DNA of 64,000 bases from an uncultured Candidatus Saccharibacteria bacterium (GTDB lineage Bacteria > Patescibacteriota > Minisyncoccia > Phycocordibacterales > UBA2100): the NCBI GenBank assembly GCA_964471165.1, contig CAYYEX010000004.1, positions 22,378-86,377 on the forward strand. Reading direction: 5' to 3'. Made by a program: the position numbers and the translations under genes. The notes under the pieces are model-generated. The model was not told the origin of the DNA, searched no databases, and saw only the letters and a program-made list of their open reading frames with translations. This document shows, piece after piece, positions 45,822 through 54,412 of this stretch. Numbering within the stretch: the first letter of the stretch is position 1; each line of letters begins with the position of its first letter.

Positions 45822-47333
45822 ATGGTACGTGTGGATACGGGCAAAAACAACGGCCCCGAGCGCGTGACCCTGTGTGATATTATCGCGAACATGATAATAG
45901 ACGGTGAGCTGCTCTCGGATTCCGCCAGAAAGACCATGTCCCCGGGAGAATCCGCAGTGAGCGCCTTCATTTCATTCATTGAGAGAAGGCTAAACGTCAC
46001 GGTCGTACGCGAGCTGCGCAAATACACTTGGGGAAATCCGCGTCTAGCCTCGGCAGCCGAACTCGCAGTTCTTTTGCAAGATAGACACATCGCACAGTCA
46101 TTTCAAAGAATGTCCCAGCGCGCAGATGAACCACGCCTTCTGCGCTGGAATGCGGTAGGCTTTGGAGAGTCGGAACATCGTTCAGGCGGGGCTTCATTTT
46201 CCATCGAAGAGAACGCACTCTATGCATGCGTTGCAGAGTCTCTCGAACGGTATCTCTGGTCGGAGAAGTCCGATTATTTCCGAAAGCCGATGCACGGAAC
46301 CGAGCGTGAGGTGGGTTCACGCACCCCTATCATTCCAGTCGCACGATTCGCAGGATTTTCCTGCGAACAACGTGCACAAAACCCGAAACTCTTTATCTCA
46401 CCAGAGACATCTTTCCTGTGGATTGAGGCGGTCTCGGTTATAACCGGACAGAATGTCCACGTGCCAGCCCAAGTAGTCAGCGGCTACAACGATGCGCAGC
46501 GCACAGGTGTGCCTGCCGAGCCGAGCATCCGACCGCGGATAACAACAGGCCTCGCCACTTGGCGAGATGTTTTGGGAGCACGTCTGCGCGGTGCGCTCGA
46601 GGTGATTGAGCGCGACGCATACATGATTATGTGGCTCAATCAGCTCGTACTTCCGCGCATCAATCTCAAAGATATCTCGGCGAGAAATGCGGAAGTACTT
46701 CGCCAAATACAAAGTTGTGAACGCTATGGATTACGTGTTCATGCGATTCGTATGATTACCGACGCCCCCACATATGCAATATGTGTTGTTGTCGAAGATA
46801 CATATACTTCTTCGCCAAAATATTCGGTGGGTCTGAAAACTGGGCACTCAATCGCCGATGCTATTCTCGGGGCATTGTCCGAGGCACTTCGCGCACGTTG
46901 GAGCACTCGCCACAAAGTAGAACAAGGAACCTTGTGGGATGAAGCGCGCCCCGTTTCCGAAATTGGCCACACGGAGCGACTCGTGTTCTGGGCAGATGCC
47001 GGGCGTTCCCACAAACTTGATTTTTTGATTGCTGGACAAGAGACACGTTTTACTCCTGAGGAGTGGGAGTCTGACAGCGACGCGACTCATCTGAAACGCC
47101 TTGTCTCGTGGTGTAAAAAGACGGGCTACGAAATGATTTCTGTGGGACTCGACACTCCCAGCAACAATCCGCTGCCATGGCACGTGGAAATGACCATCAT
47201 TCCCGAATTACAGCCCATGTATTTGCACGAATCGAAACATGTTCTCGGAGGAACTCGAATCTCGACTATCCCGAGTATGTTCGGATACCCCGCGCGAGCT
47301 CCTTACCTCGATACCCCGCATCCATTCGCCTAA
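45822..47333 (+). CDS. YcaO-domain protein (azoline-forming cyclodehydratase family)
   Basis: SFSIEENALYACVAESLERY and ALEVIERDAYMIMWLNQ match the YcaO ATP-binding signatures (S...E..ERY, E.IERD). ATG at 45822. Confidence 0.7.
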   Translation: MVRVDTGKNNGPERVTLCDIIANMIIDGELLSDSARKTMSPGESAVSAFISFIERRLNVTVVRELRKYTWGNPRLASAAELAVLLQDRHIAQSFQRMSQRADEPRLLRWNAVGFGESEHRSGGASFSIEENALYACVAESLERYLWSEKSDYFRKPMHGTEREVGSRTPIIPVARFAGFSCEQRAQNPKLFISPETSFLWIEAVSVITGQNVHVPAQVVSGYNDAQRTGVPAEPSIRPRITTGLATWRDVLGARLRGALEVIERDAYMIMWLNQLVLPRINLKDISARNAEVLRQIQSCERYGLRVHAIRMITDAPTYAICVVVEDTYTSSPKYSVGLKTGHSIADAILGALSEALRARWSTRHKVEQGTLWDEARPVSEIGHTERLVFWADAGRSHKLDFLIAGQETRFTPEEWESDSDATHLKRLVSWCKKTGYEMISVGLDTPSNNPLPWHVEMTIIPELQPMYLHESKHVLGGTRISTIPSMFGYPARAPYLDTPHPFA

Positions 47334-47337
47334 ACAT

Positions 47338-48066
47338 ATGACTCGCTTCATTTCTCATCTTCACTCTGACTTGCGTCACGCACGCACCACGCGGCGAGGT
47401 GCTACAAAGGCTGCGTCAGAGGTGCCGCTTGGACTTCATAAAAAGTATCCGCGCATGAAGCGCATACCGCTGCCAGATGTGACACTTCCTGACGCAACAA
47501 TCACTGAGGTCCTCCGTACTCGTCGTTGCGCCGAGTACGGTGAAATTGCGTTCGATATTACATTCAAAGATTATGCCGCACTCTTCAGCATGACGCTCAA
47601 GCAGCATGAAAATACAAACCACCGTCCCTACCCTTCCGGAGGTGGACTCTATCCCATTGAGACATATCTGCTGACTCCTGTATTTGATAGCCAACCGGGT
47701 GGCGTATTCCACTACAATCCAAGCGAACACGCACTTGAATACCTGTGGCCACTAAAGGACAGTGCCGGTTTTAGGAAGCTTTTGCCTCGTGCAGAACCTC
47801 TTGAATTCAGCGCGCTGCTCGTTTTCACTTCGGTCTGGGACCGCTCCTCTGCCAAGTACGGCGATTATACTTATCCGTTCGGACTTCTCGAGGCCGGGCA
47901 CATGTCGCAAAATATTTTGCTCGCAGCCACAGCGCTCGGAATCGCAGCTCGGCCAATGGCCGGCTTCAACGATGGGGCGCTCATCGATAATCTAGATGTC
48001 GACCCCGACTACGAACAGCCTATTCATACCGTTACCCTATCGAAAACGCGCGAAAAACGCTCGTAA
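47338..48066 (+). CDS. SagB-type dehydrogenase (nitroreductase superfamily; azoline oxidase-like)
   Basis: RPYPSGGGLYPIETYL is the TIGR03605 hallmark (R.YPSAG..YP.E.Y). The ATG lies 4 nt after the YcaO stop. Confidence 0.65.
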   Translation: MTRFISHLHSDLRHARTTRRGATKAASEVPLGLHKKYPRMKRIPLPDVTLPDATITEVLRTRRCAEYGEIAFDITFKDYAALFSMTLKQHENTNHRPYPSGGGLYPIETYLLTPVFDSQPGGVFHYNPSEHALEYLWPLKDSAGFRKLLPRAEPLEFSALLVFTSVWDRSSAKYGDYTYPFGLLEAGHMSQNILLAATALGIAARPMAGFNDGALIDNLDVDPDYEQPIHTVTLSKTREKRS

Positions 48067-48101
48067 TTGAATATACGTGGCGACAGAGTATCCTGTCTCT
48101 C

Positions 48102-49490
48102 ATGCCGCTACTTTCGAAGAACTTTCCTCACCTCTCTCGTATCGTCTTCGAGATGCGTCGCGTCTATCGAAAACTGTTTTCCGTCCAGGAGATTGAGTCC
48201 TCTTCACAGCTCCAATGGATGCTCGGAGCATCACTCCTCTACCTATTTTTCACTTTCAACAACTGGGCGGGCAACACAAGTGTAACGGTCGAGGCGGCAC
48301 AACAGGGGCGAGCCGTCTGTTGGCCGTATTTTCAACATTGTTCGGATTACTTCTTCCTTCACATGTTGCCGTACGGGTATTCGCAGACAATTTTTTACAT
48401 GGTGCTCTACGGCGTGATGATGCTCATCGTCTGGGCCATGTGGCGACAGAAATGGACCACTGCACATGCACTGTACGCACTTTTGATTCTATGGGAGATG
48501 GCGGTCGTGTACGTCTTTTCTTTTCAGTCGGCAGCACCATACCACTACTATCACATCATTCTCGGATTGATGTTGATATTCGCGTCACACAAAGAGTTTT
48601 TCCTGAAACTTTCGTTCGTGCTAATGTACTTCCTTTCCGCCACAACGAAGATTGATTCCACTTGGATACTCGGTTCGTACTTTACGTCGCTCGAAAATGG
48701 ACTGCCGATTTTTCCCGGATGGTCTACACCGCTGCTTACCAACGCGGTGATGTTTATGCAGATGATAGGTAGCTGGTTTTTGATTTCAAAACGGGCTGCG
48801 CTGCGTCATATCGCGTTCGTGTACTTCATGTTCTTCCACTTCTATTCAGGTGTATTTGTGTTGTATGAATATCCAACGGTAACACTCCCGACCCTCGCAG
48901 TACTTTTTGGCCCCATGTATCGCTATACGCCGATTCCCTTTGGGAGAAAAACAATTGTCGGCTGGGTAATACTCGTGATTGTGTGTGCCGTGCAAGCATT
49001 GGGATTCATAGCACCCGGAGACAGACGCATTACGATGGAGGGAAACAAGTTCGGCATGTTTATGTTTGAGGCAAATCATCAGTGCGCCGTAACGATAACA
49101 AGCTACACGGACACAAAAGTTTCTTCATCGACTCCTGGATTTGCACCGGACGGTTGTTCGGGGCAATACTGCCACACGCGATCAACTTCAAAACGAACAG
49201 CTGGGATTCTCGCTCGAACTGATGTCTACGAAAGTGGCAGCTCATGGAACCGCTGCTATCCGTATATCTGGTGGTCGAAACTTCATCTACAGTGTGGGCT
49301 GCGCCCCGGTCTCACGCGCGTCGCATTGCGCATCGACCACTCAATCAACGGCGGCCCCTTCTACAGAATTGTCGATGAGCCCGACGTATGCTCCCTTTCG
49401 TATCTCCCATTCGGACCAAATTCTTGGATTAAAAGTCCACCAGAAGCCCCCGCGATAGGCTTACCGGTACGCAATGCGTATCACTACTAA
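48102..49490 (+). CDS. polytopic integral membrane protein (8 or more TM); possibly HTTM/VKGC-like, a family often seen next to RiPP clusters
   Basis: The N-terminal 300 aa are very hydrophobic and W/F/Y-rich; the C-terminal ~150 aa are soluble and Cys-containing. I cannot verify the HTTM assignment by eye. Confidence 0.5.
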   Translation: MPLLSKNFPHLSRIVFEMRRVYRKLFSVQEIESSSQLQWMLGASLLYLFFTFNNWAGNTSVTVEAAQQGRAVCWPYFQHCSDYFFLHMLPYGYSQTIFYMVLYGVMMLIVWAMWRQKWTTAHALYALLILWEMAVVYVFSFQSAAPYHYYHIILGLMLIFASHKEFFLKLSFVLMYFLSATTKIDSTWILGSYFTSLENGLPIFPGWSTPLLTNAVMFMQMIGSWFLISKRAALRHIAFVYFMFFHFYSGVFVLYEYPTVTLPTLAVLFGPMYRYTPIPFGRKTIVGWVILVIVCAVQALGFIAPGDRRITMEGNKFGMFMFEANHQCAVTITSYTDTKVSSSTPGFAPDGCSGQYCHTRSTSKRTAGILARTDVYESGSSWNRCYPYIWWSKLHLQCGLRPGLTRVALRIDHSINGGPFYRIVDEPDVCSLSYLPFGPNSWIKSPPEAPAIGLPVRNAYHY

Positions 49491-49688
49491 ATATGGAAGC
49501 AACTACTACGTATATTGTTCTGCGCGAGCTCGCCGGTAATTCGCCCAACTCGCTCAATGCCGTGCAGATGTTACTCGAGCCGCATATCGACCTCTTGGTG
49601 ATGCTCTGGCGTGTGGCATGGATATGCACCGCAGTGACCGTAATCGCAATTTACGCGCAGGCATATCGCAGACATCGAATGAATCGAT

Positions 49689-51326
49689 ATGAGTGACCGC
49701 GCCCGACTGCGCGAGGCGATTGCAGGAGCGTTTAAGTACCGCGACCGGGATGGCGCAGTTATCATCGATCAATCGGGGTCCCAATCGAGGTGGATTGCTG
49801 ACTTCCGCTCGATTGTTCTTCGTTCAGAATGGCTCAACCTATATGCAAAACTTTTTTGGGAGACTTACGGAAATCGCTATCCATTTCAGGTTGCTGGTAT
49901 GGAAACCGTTGGTATCGCGCTCGTCGCAGCAATTGTGATGAAAGGGGCTGAGATTGGGAAACCGGTCAATGGTTTCTTTATCCGAAAGTCTCGAAAAAAA
50001 GATGGTCTCATGAGAGCTATCGAAGGAACCTTAACCAAGGAGCCCGTGATTCTTGTCGACGACCTCATCAACTCCGGAAACACATTCGACAAACAACTCT
50101 TACTGCTCGACGGAATGGGTTTGAGCGTGACTGATATCTTTGCAGCCCTCCGATTCCGCCCAACTGAAGCATATACATTCGCTCAAGAGCGCAACATCGC
50201 GGTCACGGCACTTTTTAGTCTCAAGGACTTCGGTCTGCCGCTACGACCTGTGAGTGAGCCCGTGGTTCCACATTCCTCATTTTCGAAACTGTGGCACTAT
50301 CAGGCACCACATCCGTCACTCCAAGTTGTTGCAGAAAAATCCGCTCCTACCCTTTTTGAGAATCTAGTCCTCTTTGGATGTGATGACGGTGTTCTTCGCG
50401 CACTTGATACTGAAAGTGGCACCCTCGTCTGGGAGTTTACAATCGGACGACATCGCGGTGGTAAAGGGATTCTTTCGAGTCCTGCCGTACACGATGATGT
50501 TGTCTACTTCGGTGGATACGATGGAAACGTTTATGCGCTTGATGCGCGTACAGGGAAGAAAAAATGGTCCTATGAAGAGGCAGATTGGGTGGGCTCGTCG
50601 CCGGCAATCGACATAGCACGAGGGCGCCTCTATATCGGTCTGGAATTTGGCCTCTTCGGGAAAAAGGGCGGTATCGTTGCACTCAAACTCGCAGACGGCA
50701 GCGAGATTTGGCGCGACACAACCGTCGCATTCACACACGGCTCCCCCCTCTACATTCCCGAAGAGGATATGGTGGTTATCGGTAGCAATGACCATATCGT
50801 GTACGCCTACGACGCTGGGAACGGTGCTCGTTTGTGGACATTTGCAACAGACGGAGACATCAAATCCAAACCCGCATACGACACAAAACGCCGCCATATC
50901 GTGGTGAACTCCATGGATGGTTCCTGCTATGTATTGAGAGCGCGCGATGGAGAACCGCTGTTTGCAAAAGAAGCCGAGTTTGGATTTTACTCATCTCCGC
51001 TCATACACGGTGACACTATATATTCAGCATCGCTCGACAAGACACTCTACGCGTTCAATGCAGAAACATATGCAGACGAGTGGGTGTTTGAAACGCAGGG
51101 TCGAATATTTTCCTCTCCTACTCTATTCGATGACTCACTGTGGGTGGGTTCAAATGATGGTCGGCTCTACGAGCTGAATCCGCAGACAGGTGCACTTAAA
51201 AACTTCTTTCAAGCAACTGAGCGGATTGTGAATGCGCCCGTGTATGAAGTCTCGTCACAACGCATTTTCGTGCCAACACAGGCAAACGAAATCTACTGCA
51301 TCAAAAAAGAGTTCGTTCAACATTAA
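49689..51326 (+). CDS. fusion protein: N-terminal type-I phosphoribosyltransferase (OPRT-like) domain plus a C-terminal PQQ-repeat beta-propeller
   Basis: PVILVDDLINSGNT (PRPP-binding loop) in the first 200 aa; then 6-8 repeats of the ..DG.(L/V)YALDA.TG...W.. type. Confidence 0.6.
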   Translation: MSDRARLREAIAGAFKYRDRDGAVIIDQSGSQSRWIADFRSIVLRSEWLNLYAKLFWETYGNRYPFQVAGMETVGIALVAAIVMKGAEIGKPVNGFFIRKSRKKDGLMRAIEGTLTKEPVILVDDLINSGNTFDKQLLLLDGMGLSVTDIFAALRFRPTEAYTFAQERNIAVTALFSLKDFGLPLRPVSEPVVPHSSFSKLWHYQAPHPSLQVVAEKSAPTLFENLVLFGCDDGVLRALDTESGTLVWEFTIGRHRGGKGILSSPAVHDDVVYFGGYDGNVYALDARTGKKKWSYEEADWVGSSPAIDIARGRLYIGLEFGLFGKKGGIVALKLADGSEIWRDTTVAFTHGSPLYIPEEDMVVIGSNDHIVYAYDAGNGARLWTFATDGDIKSKPAYDTKRRHIVVNSMDGSCYVLRARDGEPLFAKEAEFGFYSSPLIHGDTIYSASLDKTLYAFNAETYADEWVFETQGRIFSSPTLFDDSLWVGSNDGRLYELNPQTGALKNFFQATERIVNAPVYEVSSQRIFVPTQANEIYCIKKEFVQH

Positions 51327-51330
51327 GAAA

Positions 51331-51362
51331 ATCCGGATGACGTGGCCATCCGGACTTTTTCT
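51331..51362. terminator. bidirectional terminator hairpin (TCCGGATG-ACGTGGC-CATCCGGA flanked by AAAA/CTTTTTC)
   Basis: Lies between the convergent genes ending at 51326 (+) and 51391 (-). Confidence 0.5.
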
Positions 51363-51390
51363 TGATGACAGGTACAGTCCCGTCAGATAT

Positions 51391-51636
51391 TCAGCCGGCG
51401 CGACGCGGCTTGCCGCTCACCGGGGTTGCAGCGGGCTGCTTGTTCAGCTTCGCGTTCTCGCACGATGCGTTGGCGCGACTGGGCGAGAGGCGCGGATTCT
51501 TGTTCATCTTGCACTGCGAGCACTGCATCATCGGCATCTTCGCGCACTGCGCGAAGGCGACGGTGGGCGCGCCGATTGATGACGCTGCGTAGACAACTGC
51601 TCCAGCGAGCAGGCCGAGGAACGATTTTCTCATAGT
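51391..51636 (-). CDS. small secreted Cys-containing peptide (81 aa precursor, about 50 aa mature)
   Basis: GGGAGGA 8 nt upstream of the ATG at 51636. Signal peptide MRKSFLGLLAGAVVYAASSIGAPTVAFA, then QCAKMPMMQCSQCKMNKNPRLSPSRANASCENAK... The track start at 51750 is an extension. Confidence 0.45.
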   Translation of the reverse strand, partial: TMRKSFLGLLAGAVVYAASSIGAPTVAFAQCAKMPMMQCSQCKMNKNPRLSPSRANASCENAKLNKQPAATPVSGKPRRAG

Positions 51637-51777
51637 GGAATCCTCCCTGGTCGGACGCGATGGATATCCATCGACACATCTCCGATACCGATTTACACGG
51701 TACCCCGCTTGACGATATGTGTCAAGAGCGTCCAAGCACCGATTTGGCATTGGGGCGTATCATGCGAAGATTGCCCC

Positions 51778-52557
51778 ATGAACGTTTTTGAATCTGTACC
51801 TGAGTTTGTAAATCTTGATAATCGCGTGTCACGCACATTCAGTCCCATTTCAGCCGAGCAAATGCTACACAAGCACGAAAGCCTGCTCCCCCGCGAGCTC
51901 GTCGAAGGAAAAACAGTGCTCGATCTCGGATGTGGCATCGGTGCGACCGGCCATTGGTGCCTCAGCAACGGTGCGGCGCACTACACCGGCGTCGAGCCGC
52001 AGCAAACGTACATGGAAACGGCCGATTCGTTGTTGAAAAAATATTATCCCGGTCGTGCTGATATCGTTCACACTTCGCTTGAACAGTACCTACGTGAGCA
52101 CAACACCCAATTTGACGTTGTCACCGTACTGGCCGTATTGCATGCATCGGTCGATATATGTAGTCGGCTCGAACAGATTACGACTCGTACCCGCGAAGTC
52201 GTGGCAATCGAAGAACTGCTTCCCCGTCTCAATGCAAAGGACCCATCGTTCAATGGTGTCGAGTTTTCACAAACCGAAGGAATAAACTTGGCTGACACGA
52301 ACGCATCGCTCTCGGGGCGGGGCGCTCGCATTTCACCCCTCGGCCTCGCATTTCTTATGGAGGGTTTCGGTTTCGAATCATCGGGGGTACTCCCGATACG
52401 CCCTATTTCTGATACTGTTGACAACTTCAACGCCCCTCAGAAGCCCAGTAATGCTCGCTACGTAATGAGATTTCGCCGAACCGGTACTATGCGCGGGAGC
52501 GTCTCGGAAAATATGCTCACCGGAAACAGGAGCGCCATTAAACCATGGCTGGTATGA
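51778..52557 (+). CDS. class I SAM-dependent methyltransferase, CmoB-like (carboxymethyl-transferase-like)
   Basis: [28 protein letters not shown] vs E. coli CmoB [40 protein letters not shown] vs FDTVFSMGVLYH. Confidence 0.5.
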   Translation: [259 protein letters not shown]

Positions 52558-53198
52558 CAGATCGTTGGGAGTTCGACGAGTCAGTTGCGAAACGCTTCGA
52601 CGAAGAGGCCCGCAAGCACATCCCTCATTACGAGGAAGTCATCCAAGCGTCGCTCTCGATTGCACTCGATGTTTTTCCAGACAAAAAGGCACGGGTACTC
52701 GATGTCGGTTCCGCTCTCGGGCACACACTCGAAGTATTTCGGGCGGCGGGATTTGAAGATGTGCATGGCGTCGATAACTCAGCGGCGATGCTCGCTCACT
52801 CGCGAGTCCGCGATAACCTGATACTTTCTGACTCGTTTCCAAGCGATGCCGGGATGTTCGATGTTGTAACTGCAAACTGGACACTCCACTTTATTCGTGA
52901 CGCATCCCTGCGCGCACTCTACATCCACGACATTTCTAAAAGTTTATCCGCGGAAGGTGTGTTCATACTGACCGACAAGATGGAAGCAACGCAAGACGAA
53001 TACGATGGCTATCACAACTTCAAACGCACGATGGGTCTCTCTGATACTGAGATTAATGAAAAGGCTCGTGCTCTTGAGGGAGTGCTGATTCCCTTCCCGG
53101 TGCAATGGTACGAAGAGATTCTCAGTCAGACAGGTTTCCGGTCAGTTGAAGTAATCGATTCGCAATGGTGTTTCAATACCTTCGTATGTCGAAGATAA
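52545..53198 (+). CDS. CmoA-like methyltransferase-fold protein (carboxy-S-adenosyl-L-methionine synthase-like)
   Basis: WEFDESVAKRF / IPHY / DVGSALG / VDNSAAMLAHSR / VVTANWTLHF / HNFKRTMGLSDTEI / SQWCFNTFVC line up with CmoA WTFDERVAEVF / VPGY / DLGCSLG / IDNSPAMIERCR / VVLNFTLQF / HDFKRANGYSELEI / FQCFNFGSLVA. It overlaps the CmoB-like gene by 13 nt. Confidence 0.6.
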   Translation: MAGMTDRWEFDESVAKRFDEEARKHIPHYEEVIQASLSIALDVFPDKKARVLDVGSALGHTLEVFRAAGFEDVHGVDNSAAMLAHSRVRDNLILSDSFPSDAGMFDVVTANWTLHFIRDASLRALYIHDISKSLSAEGVFILTDKMEATQDEYDGYHNFKRTMGLSDTEINEKARALEGVLIPFPVQWYEEILSQTGFRSVEVIDSQWCFNTFVCRR

Positions 53199-54412
53199 AT
53201 ACACTGTTAGTCGCCGCAGGAATCATAGCCGTGTTTTCAGTATTTTTGGGATACATATTCACTCAAACCAATGTACGAGGAACGCAGAGTGTGGAACACG
53301 CTCTGGATTCTCTTTCCCCCTGCTTCACTGCGCGCAACCCCGAAGATAAAGCTGACCTTGCGTGTCTCGAGCGCGAAGTGAACGAACTCCTCTCCAAGTT
53401 CCCGACCCACGCTGTAATGAGCAAGATTAGTGCGAGCACATCTCCACTGGTGGTAGTGAGAAATTGTCATCTTATCGGGCACATGATTGGGCACAAAACA
53501 TTTCAGAGGACACCCTCGCTCGAGGATGCATACGAGCAGTGCACCGCGAGTTGCAAAAACTCGTGTGTTCACGGCGTCACAACCGAAGCAATATCTCAAG
53601 AATTGGGCGAGTCGTACGTGGCAGAGGATTTGTCACACGCTGACGGCGAGACCCTCGCAACGATTGGTAAACGGTACTGTGACCGACAAAAGGTGCTCTG
53701 TCACTCAGTGGGTCATCTATTACGCATTGCGCTCAAGTCGTATCAAGCCGCGCTTCCTATATGCGAACAGATGGGTACTAATAAAATCGATTGTTATAAG
53801 GGAGTATTCATGGAAGATGCGGCGTCTATCGAGCTCACAACGCGAGGACTGCCCGATCAAACAATTGCTCAAGAAAATTACGTGTCCCCATGCGCATCGG
53901 TACCAACGAAGTATGGACGGCAATGTTTCTGGTACCTCCATCTTTATCAGTCGAGCCTGTTCGAAAAGAACGGCATCTCCACAACGGCAGAACAATTGCG
54001 GATATTCCGCAATGCATGTGATTCTTTACCCGATCAACAGCGTGCATGGTGTTACTACGGCATGGGAGGAAATGCATACCGAGATCGTGACGAAGACGGA
54101 TCTCCTGTCGACATAGTGACATTTTGCGACCCGATTATTCGCTCAGTAGATAGGACACAGTGTACGGTGGGCATTGTGCGCTCGTATTTTACAACGGTCC
54201 TCCCGCGCCCTGACAGGGCACGGACATTTTGCGAGCAGCAGGCAAACGTTCAGTTGAAAAACACATGCTATGAGACAGTATTTACCCTCGAGAGTGAAAG
54301 TCTCGCAACGTCGTCGATAGAAGCTTTGTGTGGACCTGTTCCCTCGATAGCATGCACTGCCGCATTCAACACATACACACCCCCCCGCAACCCAATCGAG
54401 TCCGACGACTAA
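53186..54412 (+). CDS. Cys/His-rich secreted protein, paralog family member 2 of 3
   Basis: Signal anchor MSKINTLLVAAGIIAVFSVFLG; motifs as for 41496..42740. Confidence 0.55.
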   Translation: MSKINTLLVAAGIIAVFSVFLGYIFTQTNVRGTQSVEHALDSLSPCFTARNPEDKADLACLEREVNELLSKFPTHAVMSKISASTSPLVVVRNCHLIGHMIGHKTFQRTPSLEDAYEQCTASCKNSCVHGVTTEAISQELGESYVAEDLSHADGETLATIGKRYCDRQKVLCHSVGHLLRIALKSYQAALPICEQMGTNKIDCYKGVFMEDAASIELTTRGLPDQTIAQENYVSPCASVPTKYGRQCFWYLHLYQSSLFEKNGISTTAEQLRIFRNACDSLPDQQRAWCYYGMGGNAYRDRDEDGSPVDIVTFCDPIIRSVDRTQCTVGIVRSYFTTVLPRPDRARTFCEQQANVQLKNTCYETVFTLESESLATSSIEALCGPVPSIACTAAFNTYTPPRNPIESDD

